This document shows, in pieces, positions 1 through 10,675 of a stretch of DNA of 64,000 bases; position 1 is the first letter of the stretch; each line of letters opens with the position of its first letter. Below the pieces are notes generated by a model, which was not told the DNA's origin, ran no database searches, and worked only from the letters and a program-made list of their open reading frames with translations. The position numbers and the translations under genes are program-made. Source of the DNA: a virus (lineage: Duplodnaviria; Caudoviricetes); the IMG/VR virus record IMGVR_UViG_2883497546_000001, positions 38,246-102,245 of that record. One strand, 5' to 3'.

Positions 1-1
1 G

Positions 2-2614
2 CGTTGGACCCGGAGCACCGTGGCCATCTCTTGGGACTACTTCCGCTCCGTGCTCGACCCCACCGCCAGGACCAGGAAATCTTCCATGTCGATCAACGGC
101 TTCGTCAGCTCCCTGACGGACATCGGTCACCCTCCGGGGCACCAGGCCGATATGGAGAAACACTTGAGGAACGGACTCAGCAACGGCTTGAAAAAAAGCG
201 TGCCCACCGGTCGGTCCCTCCCAGGCCCTCGCAGCCCGGACCCCAGCCTCAAGTGTCGTCTCCATCTGGTTGGTGCCACAGACTACCTTCTCCAGCTGTC
301 TGACTGTGGCCAGACGCCCCGCAAGGCCAGGACCGGCAAGATGGGCTCGGCGTATCGCACTTCGCTCAACAAGGTCAAGCCCCATACCATGACATCGGAG
401 AATGTCGCTCTCCGCGGGCCAGACTCCCTCGTGCACATCTCGCTCCTCGTCCAGATGTGGGCCGGCGTGCTCGACTCCATCAGCCAGTTGGACAAGCCAT
501 CCGGATTCAGCGGCAGGCATGTCAGCAGTTGGGCCACACGCCTCATGGTACCAGTGCCCATTTGCGCGCACCAGGACATGGAGGATTGGTTCCACCCCAC
601 AGTGCCTGCAGGTCACACTGCCCTCGTTAAGGAAGTGCTTGCCGTCGCGCGGGATGTGCTCTTCCCGGAAAAGGATGATGACGCACGCTTCACCTTCTCC
701 GCTGGAGGCCTCCGAAATCATACTCGCGCTCTGGGCATCCCCGTGGCCACCCGCCGCGCACTTATCAATCTCCTGGAGAATTTCTTCTCCATCCTGTCCA
801 ACCCGCTCCTCTTCGATGTCGTGTTGGACTACTATGACGTCCTCGCCACCCTCTACCGGATCCTCACCCAGGAGCGTCCCGAGGATTCCGAATGGCCCCC
901 TCAGCATGACTACTCCCGCCGTCTCCCCACGGAGGGCGGCGTCGAGCCCATCCACGCCATGCTGGAGAGCCTCTCCTCTGCTCTCAGCCTCCGTCAGCGC
1001 CGTCTCTATCCAGAGACTCCTCTCAGGGACTGGTCCCTCGATTTCCGGACAAACTTCATCCAGATCATCCTCTCCGCAGAAGCTGCTCTCAAGGCCTCTG
1101 CCGGCATTCTCAGAAAGGTCGTCCGCGGTGATGAGCATGGGCGTGATACCCTCGGAGTCGTCCACCACGTCACCTTCGAAGAGGGCATCCGGGCCATTTC
1201 TTGTGACTTCATCATGGAGACCGCCGGCACCGGCCCCAGCCTCGCCATCTTCGCCTCGGACATGGCCCATCTCACTCACGTGCCCGGCTATGCAGACTTC
1301 TTCCACGAAGGCTTCCACCTGATTTATAATGACATGGTTCGCCAGCAGATTCGCGACACCATCGCACTCCAGGTCAAGGATGGCCTCAGACCAGCACTCA
1401 ATGAAGAGAGCTTCTCCGACCTCGACACCCAGCTCAGTGAGATCTTCGTGCACCTCATGATGCACCTCTTCGTCTTCGATGGAGACTGGCGCCTCGCCCT
1501 CAGACAGCACGCCATCAGCTTCTCCACAAGCATGGCGAGCGCCTTCAACAACCCAGCAGATGTGCGGACTTCATTCCTGAATAATTTTGGCCCCATCAGC
1601 GTCGCCAGTCTCGTCACAAATGCCGCGAGTACTCGCGCGAAGCCCGGACATATCGGCATGCAGAGCCTGGGAGACCACGACTGGCCTGTTCTTTCTTCCG
1701 CCCACGGCTTCTTTGAAAACGTCATCGACATCCTCCGCCCCGTACTCACGGATCATGTCTGGATCTTTGACTCCGTGGATGCCCCTGAGAATGGTCCCGC
1801 CATGAAAGGAAGTGATCGCGTTATCCGCGGGTTCATGAAACGTTATGCGGATAATCTCGGATTCCTTCAAATTCTCTGGGAGCGCGCCATCTTCGTCTAT
1901 CAGATGTTTGTGGCCCGCGTCCTTCAGGAAACGGGCGACCATAAGCACTTGGGAGTGAAGCCTCCCCCCGATCATGCGGGAGCCTATGATGGATTGACAT
2001 ATCCCCCAAGTTGCAAACGCCCCTGCCGCGATTTGAAGGCTGCCGACTTCAAGGCATTTCGTGAAATCCAGCGCCAGCTCGATGCAGCCATCGGTGCCAC
2101 GCGGAATCACGGGCAGCCTGGCTACGCCCCTCTCATCGCTGCCACCGTGCTTCAGGGCAAGGCCGAGAAAGGTTATTGCCTCGATGCCACTCTCGTAGCC
2201 TGCCGCGTGCTCCATCGTTGTATGGTGGACATGGAGGCCCTCCTCGAGCTCAAGAAGAAGCGCATCGTCCGCTTCCTCCCGCGGGATGGCAGTACAGGAG
2301 CGATCGCGCTTTCTCCCCACGTGAGCTACTCACCCATGATGCTGGACCGCACTGCCACCCAGCTTTTCAGTTGCTCGCCCAATGCCCGGCGTATCCGCAC
2401 CGGCCTGCAAATCGCTACCCTCAAGACCTTTTGGGACATGGCCTCCCGCAACCGCGCACGACGCCTCATCTCCCTCTTGGACAAGGCGGGAAAAGCGAGG
2501 GCGGCACAGCGTGCCCTGGCATCGCGCAAGCAAAAGAACGCCGCAACTGCCAGTCGAAAGGCAAAAAAGTCTGTCAAGAAGCGCGCGAAACGCTCAACCC
2601 CTGCGGTCGCATGA
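2..2614 (+). CDS. Large hypothetical host protein, 5'-truncated by window edge (>864 aa)
   Basis: Frame is open from base 2 to the stop at 2614; GC3-biased codons; Lys/Arg-rich C-terminal tail; no recognised domain. Confidence 0.8.
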   Translation, partial: RWTRSTVAISWDYFRSVLDPTARTRKSSMSINGFVSSLTDIGHPPGHQADMEKHLRNGLSNGLKKSVPTGRSLPGPRSPDPSLKCRLHLVGATDYLLQLSDCGQTPRKARTGKMGSAYRTSLNKVKPHTMTSENVALRGPDSLVHISLLVQMWAGVLDSISQLDKPSGFSGRHVSSWATRLMVPVPICAHQDMEDWFHPTVPAGHTALVKEVLAVARDVLFPEKDDDARFTFSAGGLRNHTRALGIPVATRRALINLLENFFSILSNPLLFDVVLDYYDVLATLYRILTQERPEDSEWPPQHDYSRRLPTEGGVEPIHAMLESLSSALSLRQRRLYPETPLRDWSLDFRTNFIQIILSAEAALKASAGILRKVVRGDEHGRDTLGVVHHVTFEEGIRAISCDFIMETAGTGPSLAIFASDMAHLTHVPGYADFFHEGFHLIYNDMVRQQIRDTIALQVKDGLRPALNEESFSDLDTQLSEIFVHLMMHLFVFDGDWRLALRQHAISFSTSMASAFNNPADVRTSFLNNFGPISVASLVTNAASTRAKPGHIGMQSLGDHDWPVLSSAHGFFENVIDILRPVLTDHVWIFDSVDAPENGPAMKGSDRVIRGFMKRYADNLGFLQILWERAIFVYQMFVARVLQETGDHKHLGVKPPPDHAGAYDGLTYPPSCKRPCRDLKAADFKAFREIQRQLDAAIGATRNHGQPGYAPLIAATVLQGKAEKGYCLDATLVACRVLHRCMVDMEALLELKKKRIVRFLPRDGSTGAIALSPHVSYSPMMLDRTATQLFSCSPNARRIRTGLQIATLKTFWDMASRNRARRLISLLDKAGKARAAQRALASRKQKNAATASRKAKKSVKKRAKRSTPAVA

Positions 2615-2618
2615 CCCC

Positions 2619-3512
2619 TCACCCCATCCGCAGCCTCCGTATCTGCTCCGCCACCATCGCCTGTCGCTCCGGCCCATTCGCCCCGTGATAGTCATTATAC
2701 AGCGGATTCGACTTGTTCGTCTGGATGTCATCCGCCTGCTGCCCTCGCGTCAATCGTAGCGCCCCACTGCCACCCGTCTCCTGGCGATCCTCGCTCACCA
2801 GCGAGGCCATCGCGTGCAGCGCTCGAATCATCGCCGGATTATCTCCAATCGCCGGATCATTCACATCCAGCCGCGCCATCGCCGCCACCCGCTGCGCCCC
2901 TTGCAGGTTCGTCTCATACCGCTCACCCCATTCACGCTGCAGACCCTGCACCAGCGCCTCCCGACCGCTCGCCGCCTCCTGCTGATACTGCGAAAGCGCC
3001 CCCATCTGCTGTCCATTCCACCACTCCACCAGCTCCTGCGCCGCTGCCGCCGGGATGTGATGCTTGTGCGCCACCGCAGAAAAACCGCGCACCATCTCCT
3101 CATTCCACAGCTCCGCCGGCACATTCTCCGGCCGGGCAATCCCATACCCATCCGGCCTCTCCGGCACCCCCAGATTCTTCCGCCACGCCGCCACCTCCTC
3201 CGGCCTCGCCTCCGCACCCGGCGGCTGCATCCGCTGCCCCAGCTTCTTCTCCAGCTCCCCGTACGACTTCAGCACATCCTGAATCGGCGTCCCCTCAAAC
3301 TTCCTTATCGATCCCGCATAAGGCCGCAAATCCTCCGACAACCTCCCCGAAAGCCCCGGCGCAAACTTCCCATCCACCAGCCATTCGCCGCCACCAGCAG
3401 CACCGCCACCATTGCCAGCACCGCCACCATTGCCAGCACCACCACCGGCCATCCCACCCTGGTTCGCATACCCCTGCTGCGTCTCCACACTTCCGTTCAC
3501 GTCTTCAGTCAT
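2619..3512 (-). CDS. Phage capsid assembly scaffold-like protein (Bbp18-like position)
   Basis: 297 aa; Gly-rich N-terminus, KSYGELEKKLG, LGVPERPDGY and LQREWGERYETNL motifs typical of podophage scaffolds; downstream of portal and Bbp19-like gene. Confidence 0.75.
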   Translation of the reverse strand: MTEDVNGSVETQQGYANQGGMAGGGAGNGGGAGNGGGAAGGGEWLVDGKFAPGLSGRLSEDLRPYAGSIRKFEGTPIQDVLKSYGELEKKLGQRMQPPGAEARPEEVAAWRKNLGVPERPDGYGIARPENVPAELWNEEMVRGFSAVAHKHHIPAAAAQELVEWWNGQQMGALSQYQQEAASGREALVQGLQREWGERYETNLQGAQRVAAMARLDVNDPAIGDNPAMIRALHAMASLVSEDRQETGGSGALRLTRGQQADDIQTNKSNPLYNDYHGANGPERQAMVAEQIRRLRMG

Positions 3513-3639
3513 ATCAATATCGCTCTTTCGTTATTTGGTTTGTGATTAAACAATCAGTGCCGCCATTCATAGCCTCTGAAACAAGGCCCCTCACGTGTCC
3601 TATAGGACCCAGTGATGAAAATCATTCGCTTGGAAGTTC

Positions 3640-3725
3640 AGTCGCGGAGCGACGGCCGTGTCCTAGCCCGGCCTTTCAAGGCCGGATATGCAAGTGAGGA
3701 TTCGCGTCGCAGAGCGCCGCTCGAA
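3640..3725. repeat. REP-like element family R3 (AGTCGCGGAGCGACGGCCGT..TAGCCCGGCCTTTCAAGGCCGG); other copies start at 10197, 11246, 41436
   Basis: Four near-identical intergenic copies with internal palindrome CCGGCCTTTCAAGGCCGG. Confidence 0.8.
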
Positions 3726-4138
3726 TCGCCGAACCTTGCTGAGTTCAGGGACCCAAGTGTCGTCCCACTCGCACCGAGCCTCGGTCTGTCACCCCACTCA
3801 CCAAAACACTCGGTGGGGAGCCGCTGCGCCGGCTTCCAAACTAGGTGGGCGGAGGAGGTGTGGAACGCACGTAGAGCAAGCCGCCTGCACCTCCAAACTT
3901 CACCTGATGCCCTCTCAGCACCCACCACACCCCCTAGACCTTCTCACGGCCAACCTTCAAAAGCTAGTGCCTATTAGTGTCCATTAGTGGTTCCCCAATC
4001 AAACCACCTCCTCGTCCCTTGAGGCACCTATTCAACTTCATCCTCAGTCTCAGTCTCAGTCTCCGAAGTTCCTCTGTGTCTCTGTGTTGAATCCCATATA
4101 GGTGAACACACCCATTTCCCCCCTGCCACCAGCCCCCT

Positions 4139-4519
4139 TCACCCCATAATCACCCTCGGCTTCACCACCACCACCTCATCATCTTCATCCTCAAAATCCG
4201 ACACCGGCCCACCATCCTCACCCACAGCTCCCCTCACGCCACATCGCCCCACCATCATCACACCCTCATCCACCTCCGGACAAACCCGGTTCCCATACCT
4301 CCGCTTAAACTCCTCCGGCTGATATTCCCTATACCACGCCATCACCTCCGGCGTCTTATCACCCTTCGCCGGATCCGTCGGAAAAGGGCAGGGGACCACA
4401 CTCACCAAAGCCACCTCCTCACCATCCTCCACAGCCGCCTTACCCTTCACCACAGCCGAACGCGCCGTCACCTTCGCCACGCGCCTGGTACTCTTCACAG
4501 CCTCCTTCTTCTTCTTCAT
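4139..4519 (-). CDS. Phage hypothetical protein (head module)
   Basis: ORF with DPAKGDKTPEVMAWYREYQPEEFKRRY motif, co-oriented between Bbp19-like and scaffold genes; ATG at 4519 chosen. Confidence 0.65.
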   Translation of the reverse strand: MKKKKEAVKSTRRVAKVTARSAVVKGKAAVEDGEEVALVSVVPCPFPTDPAKGDKTPEVMAWYREYQPEEFKRRYGNRVCPEVDEGVMMVGRCGVRGAVGEDGGPVSDFEDEDDEVVVVKPRVIMG

Positions 4520-4652
4520 AACCTCAACCACCTCCCAACATCACAGATCCACCCCATCACCACTCCCTCAAAAATCCTCCGTGCCTTCGCGTCTCCGTGT
4601 CTCCGTGTCTCCGTGTCTCCGTGTTGAATCCCACGATCTCAAACACACCCAG

Positions 4653-4680
4653 CCGCTCACCGCTCACCGCTCACCGCTCA
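4653..4680. repeat. (CCGCTCA)4 heptamer tract containing the stop codon of the Bbp19-like gene
   Basis: Read directly; minus strand is (TGAGCGG)n. Confidence 0.9.
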
Positions 4681-5052
4681 CACCCCCACCACCACCGGCG
4701 CCGCCTCCATCTTCCCCTTAGACTTCGCCGATTCAACCCGCTCCAGCACATACCGCACCACCGCCGCCGACCCATCAAAGTGAATCCCCCCAATCAGCGC
4801 CGCCACCGCATTCGCCCTCGTCGCCACCGCATCAAACCTTGGCCTCTCACACGGAAAATGCGCACACAAATCCGCCAGCACCCGCTGCCCCTCCTTGGAT
4901 CCAAACACCCGCGCATACATCTTCCCCAGCTCCCACTCCTCCTCCTGCCTCCTCCTCAGCCCCTCCGCCGCCATCTCCGCCTGCCCCAAAACCGGTGTAC
5001 CATCATTCATCATAAAATATCTCCCAAAGAGAGTTTCACTCATCACGCCCAT
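4678..5052 (-). CDS. Bbp19-like phage protein
   Basis: YARVFGSKEGQRVLADL motif; next gene downstream of the portal, as in BPP-1-like phages. Confidence 0.75.
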   Translation of the reverse strand: MGVMSETLFGRYFMMNDGTPVLGQAEMAAEGLRRRQEEEWELGKMYARVFGSKEGQRVLADLCAHFPCERPRFDAVATRANAVAALIGGIHFDGSAAVVRYVLERVESAKSKGKMEAAPVVVGV

Positions 5053-5070
5053 CTCAGTCCCTCAACAATC

Positions 5071-5144
<74 letters not shown>

Positions 5145-5275
5145 CTTCCCTCAGTCTCCGAAGTTCCTCTGCGTCTCTGTGTCTCTGTGTTGAACCCACT
5201 GCACCCTACCACACCCATCACCCCTCCTCATTAGTGTCCCGTTAGTGCCCATGAGTGGTTCTCCAATCAAACCAT

Positions 5276-5632
5276 CGTCCTACCGCTTACCGTCCCACCG
5301 CTTACCGTCCCACCGCTCACCGTCCCACCGCTCACCGTCCCACCGCTCACCGTCCCACCGCTCACCGTCCCACCGCTCACCGTCCCACCGCTTACCGTCC
5401 CACCGCTTACCGTCCCACCGCTCACCGTCCCACCGCTCACCGTCCCACCGCTCACCGTCCCACCGCTCACCGTCCCACCGCTCACCGTCCTACCGCTCAC
5501 CGTCCCACCGCTTACCGTCCCACCGCTTACCGTCCCACCGCTCACCGTCCTACCGCTCACCGTCCTACCGCTCACCGTCCCACCGCTTACCGTCCCACCG
5601 CTCACCGCTCACCGCTCACCGCTCACCGCTCA
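5276..5632. repeat. About 22 x 15-bp tandem repeat (CGTCC[C/T]ACCGCT[C/T]AC) followed by (CCGCTCA)5 overlapping the portal stop
   Basis: Read directly; produces the spurious HRPTA and TVSGG repeat ORFs. Confidence 0.95.
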
Positions 5633-7323
5633 CCGAGCAGCCCCATCATCGGCGAATCCTTCGGAATCTTCCCCGCATTCGCCGCCGCCCGGCTCATCTG
5701 TTCCACCGCATCCGCCTGCTGCGCCTGTTGTTGCGCCTGCGCCCGCGCCGCACGCATCGCCGCCACCTCATCCGGGTCCCGATTATACTCCGGCGGCAAC
5801 CCTCGATTCCGCGCACTCCCGCGGATCATCTCATCCAGGTTGAAGTTATCCATCACATCCGGCGCCATCTGCGCGATCGACCCCACAAGGCTCAGCACAC
5901 TTCCCACCGCCGTATTATCCGCCTCCTTCAGCGCCAGCGCGATTCTTGAAGAAAACAGCACCTGCGGCTCCGGAATAAACAAATTCCCACGCCCATCGCT
6001 GCTGATCATCTCCCTCGGCGGCGACGGCAAAATCCCCCGACGCAGCAGAATCCGGAAGAAGCGCATCAGCTGCGCCGTCAGCCACTCCGTCACCAGCAGC
6101 GTATACGTCGCCGCAAACTGCCGCGCCTGCTCACCCACACGCGCCCGCACCTCCTCCGCCGTGATGTTCGCCCGCTCCATCCGCGAAATTGCCAGCCACA
6201 TATTCACCTGGAAGAACGCCTCAATCTGGCTCCGCTTCTGGTCCGCCCGCTGCACCCCCAGACCATAGTCACCCTCCATCCCCCACGCCTGCGGCCGCGC
6301 CGCATCCCCCGTCGCCGGGTCGAACCACGTGATCCCACCCGCGCGATAATCAATATCCCCCTTGAACCCCGTCGGAATCAGCAACGGCGGATTCGCCTTC
6401 TTCTCCGCCAGCACATCCAGGCACTTCTGCAGCAGGTTCAGCTGGCGCATATCCGGCAGCGCCATGAACGCCGGCGAATATCCATACGGCGCCGTCTCCT
6501 CATTCCCCTCCCACGTACTCCAGCGGGACACACTGAAAGGCATCTCATCATACCCCGCCACCCGCAGCGGCTGCTTCGCATCCTTCTCCATCCACACCGA
6601 GGCAAAAGGCTTGTTCACCCCGTCCATCTTCCCAATGATACGCTCCGCCTCCGCACGCGGATAAATGCAGTGCAGCACCGTGAATTGCGTATCCTGCTTC
6701 CCACGCCCCGCGTCAAAGCACTCCCGCACCTTCGCGCTCACCGTCTCCCGGCCAAACTTCTCCACCAGCTGCCGCGCCGTGAAGCGTTTCTCAAAATCCA
6801 GCGAATCCACCACACCATCCGCATTCTCCGCCATCGTATACGAGCCAATGCGATGATGCCGGAACACCACCGGCACATTCGGGTCCGCATCACTCTCCTC
6901 CGAGTACAGGCACGCCGTCCCGAAGCACGTCCGGTCACTCACAAACTCATAAGACTGCGGATAAAACTTCGACGCACTCAGATGCAGCCTCGCCAGTCTC
7001 GTCGCCTGCTGACACCACTGCTGCACCCGGAAATCACCCGCCAGCCCCGGAGGCGGATCAAACGAGAACCACACCTGGTCATGCGGGATGATATCTGAGG
7101 TCTGCCCTCTGACCGCCACATCCAGCGCATAGTATCCACTCCCATCATAGATCTGCGCCTCCTTCTGCCCGTCCGGCAGATGACTGCTGTTCGTGATGCT
7201 CGCCTTCCGCGGACAGAAATAATCCGCAATCATCTGCCACTGCGCATCCCACGGCGCCCGCGCACTCTTCCGCGCCTCATACGTCGCCACACACTCCTCC
7301 ACAATCTCCTTCTCGCTTCTCAT
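5623..7323 (-). CDS. Phage portal / head-to-tail connector protein (T7 gp8 / Bbp21 type)
   Basis: 566 aa; WQMIADYFCP, FGTACLY, GYDEMPFSVSRW, YGYSPAFMALPD, NPPLLIP and TAEEVRAR motifs of the head-tail connector family. Confidence 0.93.
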   Translation of the reverse strand: MRSEKEIVEECVATYEARKSARAPWDAQWQMIADYFCPRKASITNSSHLPDGQKEAQIYDGSGYYALDVAVRGQTSDIIPHDQVWFSFDPPPGLAGDFRVQQWCQQATRLARLHLSASKFYPQSYEFVSDRTCFGTACLYSEESDADPNVPVVFRHHRIGSYTMAENADGVVDSLDFEKRFTARQLVEKFGRETVSAKVRECFDAGRGKQDTQFTVLHCIYPRAEAERIIGKMDGVNKPFASVWMEKDAKQPLRVAGYDEMPFSVSRWSTWEGNEETAPYGYSPAFMALPDMRQLNLLQKCLDVLAEKKANPPLLIPTGFKGDIDYRAGGITWFDPATGDAARPQAWGMEGDYGLGVQRADQKRSQIEAFFQVNMWLAISRMERANITAEEVRARVGEQARQFAATYTLLVTEWLTAQLMRFFRILLRRGILPSPPREMISSDGRGNLFIPEPQVLFSSRIALALKEADNTAVGSVLSLVGSIAQMAPDVMDNFNLDEMIRGSARNRGLPPEYNRDPDEVAAMRAARAQAQQQAQQADAVEQMSRAAANAGKIPKDSPMMGLLGER

Positions 7324-7671
7324 CAGATAAAAAAGATAAGGTTACAGCATCACCACCACTCACCCTCCGCCATCACTCCATCACTCCATCATCGGCATCC
7401 GTGCACCAGCTCCACACCATCCGCCTTCGCGGTTCTCCCCATTTTGCACTTTGCACCTTTCATCTCTCACTTGGCATTCCCTCCAAAGAAGCCTCGCAAG
7501 TCAGCAGGATATCGTCCGATAATAACTTCTCCTCGTACACCACCACCCCCACCGTCATTCATACTCTGAGGCAGCCCACCATTCCCGGTGCTCATTTGAT
7601 TCGCAAAAATGAAGCCGCGCAGCACTTAAGCTGGGGGCTTACATAGAGCATACTCACTCAACTCACTAAGT

Positions 7672-7737
7672 CGCTATGCGTCTTGGAGTGCGGTGGCAAA
7701 GGCCTCCCTTGAGGCCGCGACACCGCTTTGAACGAAG
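7672..7737. repeat. REP-like element family R2 (CGCTATGCGTCTTGGAGTGCGGTGGC..GGCCTCCCTTGAGGCCGCGACACCGCTTTG); other copies at 9835, 15326 (partial), 18829, 20501 (paired arm to 20673), 26664
   Basis: Six intergenic copies with hairpin GCGGTG..GGCCTC/GAGGCC..CACCGC. Confidence 0.85.
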
Positions 7738-7939
7738 CGTTTCTGTCCTGATATTCCCAGAAGAATCTCGCATACGCCCTCTCGCATCACCCCACCGAAC
7801 CCAACACCCGATTCCAGCATTTCAGCTCCACACCACCCACCTTTCAGCCCTCTCTCCATTTTGCACTTTGCATCTTTCATCTCTCACTTTGCATTCCGGT
7901 TCCCACCTCGCCTTCACTTCAGCCCGCACCTTCCGCTCC

Positions 7940-8007
7940 CACGCCTCACGCCTCACGCCTCACGCCTCACGCCTCACGCCTCACGCCTCACGCCTCACGC
8001 CTCACGC
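7940..8007. repeat. (CACGCCT)9+ heptamer tract
   Basis: Read directly. Confidence 0.95.
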
Positions 8008-8013
8008 ATTCGT

Positions 8014-8116
8014 GCCCTGAAGGGGCACAGGAGCCCAGCCCAGGGTTAGGGAGCCTAAGCGACCGACACCCTGGGTGATCGAGTAAAAGAAGCTCGACCC
8101 TGAAGGGGTCGCAGAG
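8014..8116. repeat. REP-like element family R4 (CTGAAGG..CCCAGGGTTAGGGAGC..AGCGACCGACACCCTGGGT..CTGAAGG); related copies at about 10445-10555 and 15555-15657
   Basis: Palindromic CCCAGGGT/ACCCTGGG core flanked by repeated CTGAAGG. Confidence 0.75.
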
Positions 8117-8172
8117 CCGTCGAAATCACCGCGGACACTCCACTCCGAATACATATAACCACCGCTTACCGC

Positions 8173-8574
8173 TTACTGTCCACCCCCACCCAAAAGCGTC
8201 CCACCCCCCAGCACCTTCTCACTCCCCTGAGACGCATACGCATTTGTATACCCAGACCCCCATCCATACCCGCCCGTCTCACCCGCCAGCACCGTCTTCC
8301 TCAGACCCTTCCGGCGATTCAAATCCCGCCTCGTCTGCTCATCCGCCTGCGCCACCTCCGCACTCGTCGCCGTCGGGGGTGGGGGAGCCGGCGGTGGCGG
8401 AGCCGGGGTCGGCGGAATGTGAATCTTCGGCATCTTCGGGAACTTGATGGGCTCCTGCTTCGGAGCCGGAGGCGGAGCCTGACTCCTGCCACCCCCGAAG
8501 TTGAACCGCGTCAGCCTCCCACCCGGCTGTGCCTTCGCATAGTTCGTATAGTCGTATCCGTCGATCATTCTCAT
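8173..8574 (-). CDS. Small pre-portal virion protein (gp7.3/Bbp22-like), Pro-rich
   Basis: RRKGLRKTVLAG and C-terminal TLLGG motifs; located just upstream of the portal. Confidence 0.65.
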   Translation of the reverse strand: MRMIDGYDYTNYAKAQPGGRLTRFNFGGGRSQAPPPAPKQEPIKFPKMPKIHIPPTPAPPPPAPPPPTATSAEVAQADEQTRRDLNRRKGLRKTVLAGETGGYGWGSGYTNAYASQGSEKVLGGGTLLGGGGQ

Positions 8575-8599
8575 AAGCCTGCTCTGCTCTACTCCCTGG

Positions 8600-9133
8600 T
8601 TATCCTCCTAAAATCGTATCGCTCCCATACGGCTGCCCAAACGAGCGACCTCCACCCGACAGCAGCGTCCTCTTCTTCTTCAATCCCCCTGCGGTCCCCG
8701 CAGTACTCGCAGCCTGCGGCGGCGCTTGCGTGTACCCCGCTGCCGCCGTCGCCGCCCCTGAAGCGCCGCTGCCACCACCACCACCGATGCTTGCAGATTG
8801 TGTTTTCTGTCCCGACACCGCCGCCTTGGGCTTCGCCCCATACGGCCCGTCACCATACCCCACCTTGAAGTCCAGCTCCTTGGTCTTGTTCCCAGTGTTG
8901 GACTGATGTATCGCCAGCGCCATCATCCGGACAAAGTCCGGTTGATTCTGGATCCGCTTCGGTTCCCCTGGAATCGTCTTCGGCACCTTCGCGCCACCGC
9001 CATGATTCAGCCTGTCGAGCCTGCCATCCGGCCGGAAAGAAGGCATGGTAATAAAGCCATCAACATTCATACACCGTCCACAATGTACTTTCTGGTACCC
9101 GCCCATTCTAAGCCCCTCCCATCCCATGTCCAA
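8600..9133 (-). CDS. Phage hypothetical protein with similar C-terminal TLLSGG..TILGG motif
   Basis: 177 aa ORF, co-oriented, 25 bp from the next gene. Confidence 0.6.
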   Translation of the reverse strand: MDMGWEGLRMGGYQKVHCGRCMNVDGFITMPSFRPDGRLDRLNHGGGAKVPKTIPGEPKRIQNQPDFVRMMALAIHQSNTGNKTKELDFKVGYGDGPYGAKPKAAVSGQKTQSASIGGGGGSGASGAATAAAGYTQAPPQAASTAGTAGGLKKKRTLLSGGGRSFGQPYGSDTILGG

Positions 9134-9264
9134 TAAAATCTTCTACACCGCATCCCGACACAACCCCTCAGCTTCCTCCACTTTGCATTTTTCACCTTCC
9201 ATTTTTCATTTTGCATTCATCGCACAACACTCCACTCAGCCCGACCAAACCAAGAACAAGAACC

Positions 9265-9576
9265 TCATAACTCCTTCCTCACCGGAACCATCACATCCCA
9301 CCACCATCCCTCATACCCACGCATCACCCCCTTCGCAAAATCCTTCCCCGCCAGCCAGTCATACGGCGCGCGAAACGTCTTCACCCAACCCTCCGGCCTC
9401 GCCCCTCGCTTCGCATACGCCATCGAAAGCGGCCACCCCGTCGTCACACAGATCGACACCGGCGGCACAATGATCAAATACGCCATCACCACCAGCACCC
9501 CGAGCCACACCCATTTCTTGAGGCTCGACGACTCATACGGATCCTTCATCCACGCTTCCGGCTTGTTCTTCTTCAT
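9265..9576 (-). CDS. Small Trp-rich membrane protein, family W copy 1
   Basis: TM segment ending YLIIVPP, PEGWVKTFRAPYDWL, GYEGWWW; start could be 9549. Confidence 0.75.
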   Translation of the reverse strand: MKKNKPEAWMKDPYESSSLKKWVWLGVLVVMAYLIIVPPVSICVTTGWPLSMAYAKRGARPEGWVKTFRAPYDWLAGKDFAKGVMRGYEGWWWDVMVPVRKEL

Positions 9577-10675
9577 ACAGGTCTCAAATCTGGGTGTCGC
9601 ACCGACCAAAAGCAACTCCCACACCCATCTATCTGCATCCTGCTTTATCTCACCTCCGAAAAACGTCTCGTGGGCCACGCCGCACCCAGGGCAACAAAGC
9701 ACCTCGCCACACCCACCTCGCGCGCAGCACCTTGGAGTGCGTGCTCCCGCCTCGCACATGAGCGTCAATTCAAGAAAACCGTACTTGGGTGAACAGGGAA
9801 CCAGTGCACGGCCCATCAACTCAACGTACCAGTTCGCTATGCGTCTTGGAGTGCGGTGGCACAGGCCTCCCTTGGGGCCGCGACACCGCTTTGAACGAAG
9901 GGAAGTGGCCCGGATGTCGGAGAACTTCGGCGGAATCCAGCATCCAAGTTTCCCCGGGGGACTGTGTCCTGGAAATTAGATCATGATTTCGATCCATCAT
10001 GCTCATGCTCTCCGTTCAAAGCGATATCGCATCTCGCGGGCCGGGACTTGCCGCACGCAGTCCACGACGCGGATGTCCGATGCCCGATGTCGGAGGAGTG
10101 TGGCACCACAAGACCTCCGCACAACATGCATACCAGATTCAGGTGAGACATCACAAGGCGTGCCCTCCCCACAACGATGGCACTGACAAGATCCTCAGTC
10201 GCGGAGCGACGGCCGTATCTTAGCCCGCCTTTCAAGGCCGGGTAAAGCCCCAATCACACCAGCGTCGCGGAGCGACACCCGAACCACGACCTCCCCCTCG
10301 ATCCGCCAGCTTGGCAACGCTTCAAGCAAGCGGTTGATTCCACGTTTCAATTGAGTGACCATGAAATCTAGTATCTATTGAGGCTTGCGAAATAGACCGA
10401 CAATTCTCTGGTCTGTGATTTGGACTGAACTGCGAAGTTGCAGTCTGAAGGACTGCAGGACCCCGCGAAGAGAGACCAGGGTTAGGGAGCATCTAGCGAC
10501 CGACACCCTGGGTGGATGTGGAAAAAAATTGTCGGACTCTGAAGGAGTCCAGGAGAGCGTCGCCAGATCCTTCCGGGCATTCCGCCAGATCGCAGAACAT
10601 TCGAAACCTGTCAGTCTATCTCGCAAGCCTCAAGAATAGAAACGATCCCACCCAAAACCACAAAGAGCGAAACAC

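Noticed and set aside
5245-6268. ORFs with SHRSP, HRPTA or TVSGG repeats
   Set aside because: Translations of the 15-bp minisatellite, partly antisense to the portal
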